Source: Fidelibacterota bacterium (lineage in GTDB: Bacteria; Fidelibacterota; UBA8477; JABMPR01). Taken from it: a stretch of 46,390 bases of DNA. Of the stretch, positions 38,308 through 46,390 are shown one piece after another (within the stretch, counting starts at the first letter, position 1; every line of letters begins with the position of its first letter). The notes beneath the pieces were generated by a model. That model had not been told where the DNA came from, did no database searches, and worked only from the letters and a program-made list of their open reading frames with translations. The stretch covers positions 1-46,390 of the forward strand of contig JABMOT010000171.1 in assembly GCA_013202385.1 (NCBI GenBank), read 5' to 3'. Position numbers and translations under genes: made by a program.

Positions 38308-40389
38308 TTATCGGATAACAATAAATTTTCGGAAGGTGGATTGCCCATCCGGTTGCTCAAAGTGGGCTATGTAGATGCCACTGACCACCACCTGCCTGTA
38401 TTCGGTGACTGAGTCCCAGGATTCATCACCGCTATTATCTGTATGTTCAATTGTTTTTATCAAATCTCCCCGCTCTGTGTATATGCGAATCGTGCACATA
38501 CCCGGAATGTCATAAAAGTAGAGACGATCTTCTCCTGAATTACTAAACTGCAATGATTTAGATGCAATATTGAATGGATTGGGAACCACCCTAATTCGAT
38601 CAAGTGATCCGGCAGGTCGCTTAAGAGATGCCCCTATATTTGTCATCGTGTAGAATTTACTACTGTACAAGGGGGCTCCAGGAGAAACCTGATTGCTATT
38701 CCCATCATCATAAGAGACGATATAATAGAAATATTTAAATCCACGTTTGGCTTTTACATCCGCAAACTCGTTAGTCAGGTTGGTCACATCGCAGGAAAAG
38801 ATCTCTTCGTAGCTGGTATCAGGTTTATGCATGGCCCTGTAAACTTTATATCCCATAAAACCGGGATGTCCCTCGGCATTGGAACTCCAGGATAGTCCTA
38901 TCCGATCACCACCAGATGTAACGGTAAACGTTTCAGGTGGAGGAGGTGGTTCAGGTACCGCATAATCAGCTTCATAGGTGTCATGAGCGCGGCGAAAGGT
39001 TTGCATGAGCGAATCTTCTCCAGTAAACACCCATTTATCTTTGTATTCATCTTTATCAACAGGAGCACTTCCATCAGGATTAAGAAGCTCCCCAATCGCA
39101 ACATTACCATCAAACCAGTTGCCTCCAACCTCATAACACATTTCTCGGTTTATGCCTGCAGCACCCTCAGCAATAACAATATGAATTTTTTCTCCGGGTG
39201 CTATATCATAGGGACCATAAGCAATAAACTGCGAATATCCACCTGCGTCAGTGCCCCAGGTATCCGCATAACCACTTCCGATATCCTCAGCCTGTGACAT
39301 GCCAGGATGACCAGCTGCCATATGCAGGTAGCGTTGCTGCATTTTAACGGAATTAAATTGATCATTGCTTTGGGTAATGGGCTGATCAGAGCCGGTATAT
39401 AATGTTGTTGAGGGTTGATAAACATCATCGCTTGCATCGGTGGTTGATTTATCGGCGTGAAGTGTGACTACACCAACAAATTGCTGGGCACTCAAGTGAC
39501 CATCTCCACCAGTTCCATAATATGGTGAACCAATATTGTCATGACCATCAGTTGATTTTGAATGTAAACCATGCCAGGAATAGGCCGCCCGCATCTCATT
39601 GTCTGCCGGGATTTCACCAATCACTTCATTGACTGTGTTGGCGCCCCAGGCAGTATTTTGAGGAGCCCAATAACCACCGGCACCATATGGACCACTTTCG
39701 CGTGTAGGAGCGTAGCGGTACTGCATAGCGAAATAAACGCCAGTTAATGTTTCATTAAAAGTTGCTCCTGATGAACTATAAATACCGGTATTCTCAAAAA
39801 CATAATCAACGACATGATAATTATCGTGATATTGGTTTGAAAAGCCACGGATGGTGCGAGTCATGGTGATTCCCACTGAGGTGTTAACCACGTTTTCAAT
39901 TCTGCGATCTTCCTTCATAGTAGCATCAACGCTATCGACAATATCAAGATATTGCAGGATACTGGCAGGATCACCATCCACGAAAACACCAGGATGATCA
40001 TATTTCCCATACATTTTAAATTTTTGGATAAGTATCTCTGTTTTGGTATCCACGGGTCCACGCGGACCAATATGGGCGACCTTAAAGTCATAGTTCACGT
40101 TAACCTGGGGATCGATAAAGTCAGTTGTTCCAATCCAAAGCGCTTTGGCTGCCTGTGCATCCTGATAGCTGTATTGTGCTGGCCAGCGCAATCCATCCTG
40201 TTGATCTCTTATCTGTCCCGTACGGCCAACCTCGACCTCACAACCTTCTTCAGAATACCAGTTATGCAAATTGCCAACAGCAATCCACTTGCTTTCAGCA
40301 GCAGATACTATATTCATCACAAAACCAATAGCCATCAAAAAGACTAGGGCATGCGCATGAATTTTACTTTTCATTCTATTGTTTACCAT
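38308..40389 (-). CDS. secreted TBDR-partner protein #4 (FN3-like domain, variant VVPNPF CTD)
   Basis: Signal peptide (VSA); colinear with partner #3; PEPPPPP linker; CTD IRVVPNPF...FYDIPGMCTIRIYTERGDL...SGIYIAHF...KFIVIR. Confidence 0.85.
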   Translation of the reverse strand: MVNNRMKSKIHAHALVFLMAIGFVMNIVSAAESKWIAVGNLHNWYSEEGCEVEVGRTGQIRDQQDGLRWPAQYSYQDAQAAKALWIGTTDFIDPQVNVNYDFKVAHIGPRGPVDTKTEILIQKFKMYGKYDHPGVFVDGDPASILQYLDIVDSVDATMKEDRRIENVVNTSVGITMTRTIRGFSNQYHDNYHVVDYVFENTGIYSSSGATFNETLTGVYFAMQYRYAPTRESGPYGAGGYWAPQNTAWGANTVNEVIGEIPADNEMRAAYSWHGLHSKSTDGHDNIGSPYYGTGGDGHLSAQQFVGVVTLHADKSTTDASDDVYQPSTTLYTGSDQPITQSNDQFNSVKMQQRYLHMAAGHPGMSQAEDIGSGYADTWGTDAGGYSQFIAYGPYDIAPGEKIHIVIAEGAAGINREMCYEVGGNWFDGNVAIGELLNPDGSAPVDKDEYKDKWVFTGEDSLMQTFRRAHDTYEADYAVPEPPPPPETFTVTSGGDRIGLSWSSNAEGHPGFMGYKVYRAMHKPDTSYEEIFSCDVTNLTNEFADVKAKRGFKYFYYIVSYDDGNSNQVSPGAPLYSSKFYTMTNIGASLKRPAGSLDRIRVVPNPFNIASKSLQFSNSGEDRLYFYDIPGMCTIRIYTERGDLIKTIEHTDNSGDESWDSVTEYRQVVVSGIYIAHFEQPDGQSTFRKFIVIR

Positions 40390-40424
40390 AAATGTGTTTT
40401 CCTTATCCGTGTATCTGCCAGCCT

Positions 40425-43400
40425 TTAGAAATCATAAGAAATATTGATGCCCAGAAAAATATCCCGGGGTGAGAGGAATATGAATGAGCTCTGGTTCGGC
40501 ATGTCAATGTATGCTTTGTCTTCAACAACTTTATCTAGATAGGCAGGGGCAACCTCTCCCCAACCAGTGTTGTGATCGTATTGCAAATAACTCTCCGAGG
40601 CGGCATCATAATAAATTGCCAGCTCACTTCTGTTATTTGCATCGATTTTATTTACATCTCCGATCCACTCAATGGGAACGTAACCAACATCATCAGGCCT
40701 GACGTCTCCAGGATTGTCAGCATGTGCAAGACCAGGTAGAATTGGCTGTCCGATGGCTTCAAGCTTGTTTTCCGGAAGCAGCAAAGAGCTCAGATAAAAG
40801 CCATAGTCGTGAATGTCTTCAAAACCGTAACCACTGAATGTTTTAAAATTCAGGGCATTGTTGATATCGGCGAAAAACTTTACACGCATATTTCCCGCAG
40901 AGAATATTTTCGAAATTTTCAAATCAACCGATTTTGCATCCTGCCATCTAAAATTATAGGCAATACCCCCAATACCATTGGGGTTGTAGGTGAACCAGGA
41001 GCCGGCTCGCCAACTGCTCAAGATATTCAAATGCCATTCTGAAAAGGGCTTTTGCCCTAACAAGGTCGGACCTAAGCTTTTTGGTGTGTGCAAATCGATT
41101 ACGGATTTAACCCTGGGAGTTGGTCGAGGTTTGCTCTGAACTGTATTATCTCTCAAATAATCTCGCTGCTCACTGGGATTTTGATAATATGACTTAATTC
41201 CAAAATATCCGGATGTGTTCACACGATATTCAAAGTTTACATTTCCAGTGAGCCAATCACCAATCATCTTGGAGATATCCGCCTCAAATCCGCGGATATC
41301 TTCATAGCTATTTGCCGTGAGTTGACTATAGTTCACCTGTCCATTAGCACTGATATAATTTGTCCAATCCTGCTGATCCGAGATATCTTTATAATAGGCA
41401 GCCAGGTGGAGCAGATATGTGTCAAACAACGCATGATCATATCCAAGTTCGTATGAAATAGTTTTGGCCTGATCCAGCCTTGGATCTCCAATCACGGATA
41501 ATTGGGTCAGATCCTCAATATTGAGATCTGAATTGAGCACGGCTTTCCGTTGAACCCTGAATAAACTTTCGGCGGTAGGCACTTGTCGATAATGTCCATA
41601 ATTGAAATACAATTTTGAATTGACGGTTATGGGATGGGAAATGGACAATCTAGGACTTAGATACAATCTGGCTGCAATATCTTTCTTTTCAAAACTGTCT
41701 TCAGCGGATTCACTGTATCCCGATGAATAAAAGCTGCCATCATAGGGATCCACATCATACCAGGAAGCGTTAGGGCTGATCAGTTCAGCATTAAGCCCCA
41801 GGGAAGCGATAAAACCTTCAAATTCCATTTTATCCTGTATATAAGCTGTTAACCGGTAGGGATTGTAGAACATCCTGGTCCAATAATTCCCCTCAGGGAG
41901 GAAGTAATTAAGGGAACCAAATTCCATCGCCAAGTCGTCATAGACAAAGTCGAATCCAGCTTTCATCTGATTATTTTGATTTACCTGATTCACATAATCG
42001 ACACCAAGCGAAGTTGTTTTCACGACGCTCTGATCACGAGAAGTGCTCACAGCTCCACCCATGTTCATATTTCCATCTACTGTACTCACAGGAGTTCCAT
42101 AAAAGCCCACAGGACCTTCATCTACAAAATAGCCTGGGAATATTTCATATATCTGGGACGTATCGCGGGCAGCACCTGGACCAGTATCATAGCGCTTCTG
42201 GATATGTTTTACGCTTACTTCATAATACGAAGCAGAGCTAAGAAGATGGGTGAATTTTGCAGAAAAGGTTGAATGCCTTACCTCTGTAGGCGCCCAATAT
42301 TCGTTGGAATAAAGTCTCCAGGGCATAGTAAAACCAGCACGGTCGACCTGTGAAGCAAGACTGGACACCGATGACAAATAGCTGGTAAGTCCACCTCTTG
42401 ATGATGTCGTTGCATTGAGACTTCCAGCCATATATGTAAAATTCAATTTTTGCGTTTTTGATACATCAGCGGTCATACGCAGCAAGGCTGTCTTTGAAAG
42501 TGTGCCAGTTTCGGACACGGGAAAGAGATACTCATCGTTTTCCTGTCGGTAAGACAGGTAAAATCTGAGATTTCCCAGTTGTTCGCCAATAAAGGGGACC
42601 GGACCGCCGAAACCACCATCAATATTGATATCAGGATTAACAATATTTCCTGCTTTGCGATATTGCCATTCATAAAGCCGTTTTGCTCCTGCAGGGGTCA
42701 GATCGTCACTAGGGTCATCATTGGCCAGGGAAGATTCTGAAACTGCATTCCAACCACTAAAACTTGGATATTGACGCTGAATGTATTTGTCCCAGGAGGT
42801 ATAAGAGCCATCTTGATTGATGTCGGTATAGGATTCACCTTCATCCCAATAACCATTATTATTAGCATCAGTGTAGGATTCACCATTTTCCGTTCCAGTC
42901 CAGGCCACGGCCTCATCCAGATAGGGACGCATGTAAAATGAATCTTTATCATAAGGCGATATGCCAAAATGTTTCGACTCAGCCGCACTGTGCTTAATTG
43001 TGAGAGTACCACTATAGCCGCCACTGCCGTCCTTGGTTACCACATTGACAACACCAGAACGAACATTCCCATATTCTGCGCTAAAGCCACCCGTTTGAAC
43101 TGATATTTCCTGGACAGCACTAAGGGGGATTCCAGTAATGGGTTGATTAGTACGCTCATCTTTCAGCTCAATCCCATCAATCATCAATGAGGTTTCATCA
43201 ATACCACCACCCCTGACAGAAAACCCACTCACACCAGCCTGAAGTGTCAGTACTTCAGATATACTGGTTACTGGCAATTCTTCAATATCTTCAGCAGTCA
43301 CACTGCGCTGACTGGCGGCCACATCCATTTTAATGACTTTGCGTTCAGCAGTTATTGTAACAGATTCACCCTCGAGGATTTGATCAGACATATCGATATT

Positions 43401-43691
43401 GATATTTTGAGTACGATCAATCTCAACCCGAATATCTTTTATGGTATACTGGGAATATCCAATCATACTGGCTTTCAGTTCATGAAAACCTGGAGGAACA
43501 TTCAAAATGACATAATAACCATCAATATTGGTGACAGCCCCAAGACTGGTCCCTTCGACAATGATATTAACCCCAATCATGGGTTCGCCAGTGCTTTTTT
43601 CCCTGACCATACCAGAAATTTTGCCAGTGGTTGCAGCCATCGTTAATGATGTAATGGCTAGCATGACAAGAAATAGACTCGCTTTTCTCAT
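40425..43691 (-). CDS. TonB-dependent receptor #4
   Basis: TTGKISG, GYYVILNVPPG, VRGG, TGGFSAEYGNVRSGVVN, YIQDKME, SPRLS; C-terminal F; GAGG RBS. Confidence 0.92.
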   Translation of the reverse strand: MRKASLFLVMLAITSLTMAATTGKISGMVREKSTGEPMIGVNIIVEGTSLGAVTNIDGYYVILNVPPGFHELKASMIGYSQYTIKDIRVEIDRTQNINIDMSDQILEGESVTITAERKVIKMDVAASQRSVTAEDIEELPVTSISEVLTLQAGVSGFSVRGGGIDETSLMIDGIELKDERTNQPITGIPLSAVQEISVQTGGFSAEYGNVRSGVVNVVTKDGSGGYSGTLTIKHSAAESKHFGISPYDKDSFYMRPYLDEAVAWTGTENGESYTDANNNGYWDEGESYTDINQDGSYTSWDKYIQRQYPSFSGWNAVSESSLANDDPSDDLTPAGAKRLYEWQYRKAGNIVNPDINIDGGFGGPVPFIGEQLGNLRFYLSYRQENDEYLFPVSETGTLSKTALLRMTADVSKTQKLNFTYMAGSLNATTSSRGGLTSYLSSVSSLASQVDRAGFTMPWRLYSNEYWAPTEVRHSTFSAKFTHLLSSASYYEVSVKHIQKRYDTGPGAARDTSQIYEIFPGYFVDEGPVGFYGTPVSTVDGNMNMGGAVSTSRDQSVVKTTSLGVDYVNQVNQNNQMKAGFDFVYDDLAMEFGSLNYFLPEGNYWTRMFYNPYRLTAYIQDKMEFEGFIASLGLNAELISPNASWYDVDPYDGSFYSSGYSESAEDSFEKKDIAARLYLSPRLSISHPITVNSKLYFNYGHYRQVPTAESLFRVQRKAVLNSDLNIEDLTQLSVIGDPRLDQAKTISYELGYDHALFDTYLLHLAAYYKDISDQQDWTNYISANGQVNYSQLTANSYEDIRGFEADISKMIGDWLTGNVNFEYRVNTSGYFGIKSYYQNPSEQRDYLRDNTVQSKPRPTPRVKSVIDLHTPKSLGPTLLGQKPFSEWHLNILSSWRAGSWFTYNPNGIGGIAYNFRWQDAKSVDLKISKIFSAGNMRVKFFADINNALNFKTFSGYGFEDIHDYGFYLSSLLLPENKLEAIGQPILPGLAHADNPGDVRPDDVGYVPIEWIGDVNKIDANNRSELAIYYDAASESYLQYDHNTGWGEVAPAYLDKVVEDKAYIDMPNQSSFIFLSPRDIFLGINISYDF

Positions 43692-43889
43692 ATAATGACC
43701 CTCAAGTGTAATTTTTCAATTGAAAGCTCAACTGCATAGCAGTCAACTCTCCCAAGAAACAATTATAGTATTTGAGCATTTCCAATGTACTTAAATTTTT
43801 ATGCGGGACACACTTTTTTTGCATAATATACTGTCTTCATGCGCACCCATACCAGTATACATTCTCAAAGATTTAGCATCAATTCATTT

Positions 43890-43906
43890 TGCAATTTCGA
43901 TACCAA
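43890..43906 (-). promoter_or_regulatory. candidate sigma54 (-24/-12) promoter of cassette-3 operon
   Basis: Minus strand TTGGTATCGAAATTGCA gives GG-N10-GC with TTGCA, about 200 nt upstream of TBDR #4. Confidence 0.45.
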
Positions 43907-44050
43907 TATATCTATGTGGTTAGTTAATACCATTTATTTATTAACTATATCAAAAATAATTCCTGACTGCAACGCGATTTAATGAAGCCCAATAGTTGCG
44001 ATTTATTCACCATTTCCTCCCTTAAATTGTGGAGGATTTTTCCGAAAATA

Positions 44051-46390
44051 CTAGTGAGCTTCCAGCCAATTGTCCCCAATACCGATGTCTACAGTGAGAG
44101 GAATATCCAATTGAACAGTATTTTCCATAGTCTCTCGCACCAGAAGAGTGATCTGGTCCACTTCTTCCTCAGGAACTTCAAAAACCAACTCATCATGGAC
44201 TTGTAAGATCATTTTTGTATCCAAACCTGCCGCCTGTATCCTATTGTGGACCAGAATCATGGCTTTTTTGATGATATCAGCTGCGGTACCCTGGATGGGC
44301 ATGTTGGTGGCAATTCTCTCGGCCCCTTCCCTGCTCATCCGATTGGAAGCATCAATGTCCGGAACCGGTCGTTTCCTGCCGAATAAAGTCTGGACAAACT
44401 TGTGCTCCCGGGCAAAAGCAATGGTCTCATCGAGATAATTTCTGATTCCTGGATAGGTGGCGAAATAGTTACTGATCAATTCAGCTGCCTCAGATCTGGA
44501 AATATCCAGTTCATTTGACATTCTAAACGGACCTGCACCATACATAATCCCAAAATTGACCACTTTGGCTCGACGGCGCTGATCAGGATTCACACCAAAA
44601 AGATCGGTCCCAAACACATGCGCTGCTGTTGCTGTATGAATATCCTCACCATTTTTGAAGGCTTCAATGAGCCGCTCATCCCTGGAATATTGCGCCATGA
44701 GTCTTAACTCAATTTGAGAATAATCAGCCGCCAGGATTTTCCAACCCGGATCCTGAGGCCGAAAGGCTTTTCGAATATCACGACCCAGTTCTGTGCGTAC
44801 AGGAATATTCTGGAAATTTGGATTGGTTGAACTTAATCGACCCGTTGCAGCAATGGTCTGGTTAAAATTTGAATGAATACGACCCGTTTTTTTGTGAATG
44901 AGCAAAGGTAAGGTATCTGTATATGTGGATTTTAACTTGGCTATCTGTCGGTAATCCAACATATATCGGGGAATGGCGTGCTCTCTGGCCAGTATCTGCA
45001 GCACATTCACATCAGTCGAATAGCCTGTCTTGGTTTTCCGGATCGGTTTGATCCCCTTTTTCTCAAACAGGATCTGAGCCACCTGTGCTGGCGAGGCTAC
45101 ATTAAATTCTTCACCAGCCTCCTCATAAATTGCCTTTTCCAGCCGCTCCAGTTCTTTACCGAAGCCTACGGACATTTCATCTAATATTGTGGCATCAACA
45201 AAAGTGCCCTTCCGCTCCATTTCCAGGAGCACAGGCATGAGGGGCAGATCAATATCGTGTAAAACAGATCCAAGTTCATCCTGCTCAATCTTTTCAGACA
45301 AGATTTCATAGAGCTGAAAGGAAATATCAGCATCTTCAGCGGCGTATTCACTGATCACATCAAGGCTGACCATATCCATAGTGATTTGATCTTTGCCTTT
45401 GCCAATAAGCTCCTCAATATGAATGGGATCGATGCCAAGATACTGAACACTGAGATCATTCATGCCATAGCCACGCCCACCGGGATTGACCAGATAACCC
45501 GCTATTTGTGAATCAAAACCAACCCCCTTCACCTCTATGCCATAACTCTTCAAAACAGAGAGATCAAACTTCAGATTGTGACCCGTTTTAAGGATTGTCT
45601 CTGAATCCCAGAAAGGCTTCAATTCGCGCAACACTGTATTTGTATCATCCTGGCTGAATGATCCATCAGGTGGGTTCGGATATTTAACAGCAATATATAC
45701 AGCCTTGTTAGCTTCCCAGGAGAATGACAGACCGACGATTTCAGTTGTTAATACATCCAGACTGGTTGTCTCTAGATCAAATGCAACCATCTTTTGTTTC
45801 TTAAGCTCCTCCACCAAGTCGATAAGCTCAGGAATATGCTTCACAACACTGTACTGTCTATTTCGTTCCGGTCGTGGGACCTGAGTCCCATCTGAATACA
45901 AAACCCGGACATCATCCAGGGGTTTCATCAAATTAAAGAGCTCAAATTCCTGAAAAATACTGCGAGCTGCGTCAATATCCATGGATTCAATCCGGATCTC
46001 TTCCCAGGAGGGCATGGATTCCATATCAGTTTTAATTGTCACCAATTCCCTTGAGAGCAGCGCTTTTTCCCGATTTTCCTCAAGTTTGAGTCTTAATTTT
46101 GGATTACTTATTTCCTCAAGATGCTCGTAAATCTCAAGGATACTGCCATGCTCCTGGATCAATTTTACTGCGGTCTTAGGACCCACACCAGGGACGCCGG
46201 GAACATTATCTGAAGCATCACCCATGAGGCCCAGCAGATCTATAATTTTCTCAGGCGGAACACCCCATTTTTCTTCAACATAGCTGGCTGTCCATACCTG
46301 GTTGTCTTTGGGATTGACGATTTGCACCTTATCATTCACCAATTGGGCGAAATCTTTATCGCCGGAAAGAATTTTTACTTCAAAACCTTC
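44051..46390 (-). CDS. polA: DNA polymerase I (5' part outside the window)
   Basis: 5'-3' exonuclease motifs SGDKDFAQL and LMGDASDNVPGVPGVGPKTA; 3'-5' exonuclease FDLETT; polymerase motifs TGRLSS, DYSQIELR, RRRAKVVNFGIMYG, LQVHDEL. Confidence 0.98.
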   Translation of the reverse strand, partial: EGFEVKILSGDKDFAQLVNDKVQIVNPKDNQVWTASYVEEKWGVPPEKIIDLLGLMGDASDNVPGVPGVGPKTAVKLIQEHGSILEIYEHLEEISNPKLRLKLEENREKALLSRELVTIKTDMESMPSWEEIRIESMDIDAARSIFQEFELFNLMKPLDDVRVLYSDGTQVPRPERNRQYSVVKHIPELIDLVEELKKQKMVAFDLETTSLDVLTTEIVGLSFSWEANKAVYIAVKYPNPPDGSFSQDDTNTVLRELKPFWDSETILKTGHNLKFDLSVLKSYGIEVKGVGFDSQIAGYLVNPGGRGYGMNDLSVQYLGIDPIHIEELIGKGKDQITMDMVSLDVISEYAAEDADISFQLYEILSEKIEQDELGSVLHDIDLPLMPVLLEMERKGTFVDATILDEMSVGFGKELERLEKAIYEEAGEEFNVASPAQVAQILFEKKGIKPIRKTKTGYSTDVNVLQILAREHAIPRYMLDYRQIAKLKSTYTDTLPLLIHKKTGRIHSNFNQTIAATGRLSSTNPNFQNIPVRTELGRDIRKAFRPQDPGWKILAADYSQIELRLMAQYSRDERLIEAFKNGEDIHTATAAHVFGTDLFGVNPDQRRRAKVVNFGIMYGAGPFRMSNELDISRSEAAELISNYFATYPGIRNYLDETIAFAREHKFVQTLFGRKRPVPDIDASNRMSREGAERIATNMPIQGTAADIIKKAMILVHNRIQAAGLDTKMILQVHDELVFEVPEEEVDQITLLVRETMENTVQLDIPLTVDIGIGDNWLEAH

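Noticed and set aside
11871-43691. Calling the TBDR/partner pairs SusC/SusD
   Set aside because: The partners lack a lipobox and helical TPR-like character and carry a CTD. The TBDRs lack SusC signatures such as LKDASA.AIYG.
1-44050. Genomic island integrated at tRNA-Leu
   Set aside because: The region lies upstream (5') of the tRNA. No integrase, transposase or duplicated tRNA end was seen.
1-46390. CRISPR array, riboswitch or rRNA
   Set aside because: No regularly spaced repeats or recognisable conserved RNA motifs were seen in the intergenic regions by eye; an Rfam/Infernal scan was not possible.

Overview
A 46 kb window running from a partial tRNA-Leu(CAG) at the left edge to a partial polA at the right edge. 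The host is probably a non-Bacteroidetes FCB-group bacterium (inferred from T9SS-type C-terminal domains, Shine-Dalgarno sites and a TTGACA-type promoter). The window is dominated by a repeated outer-membrane module: a TonB-dependent receptor (TBDR), a large secreted partner with a variant 'VPNP' C-terminal sorting domain, and a PorV/FadL-like beta-barrel. There are 4 TBDRs, 4 partners and 3 PorV-like genes in three operons, with no recognisable SusD. Around them are four secreted proteins with canonical T9SS type-A-like CTDs (M23 peptidase, FG-GAP protein, GHL10/DUF187 hydrolase, beta-propeller), several lipoproteins and a prenol-kinase/DUF92 fusion. A frameshifted relic of that fusion's 5' end lies 8 kb upstream (15468-15734), bracketing one whole cassette. 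No integrase, transposase or CRISPR array was seen. All family calls come from motif recognition by eye, not database searches.
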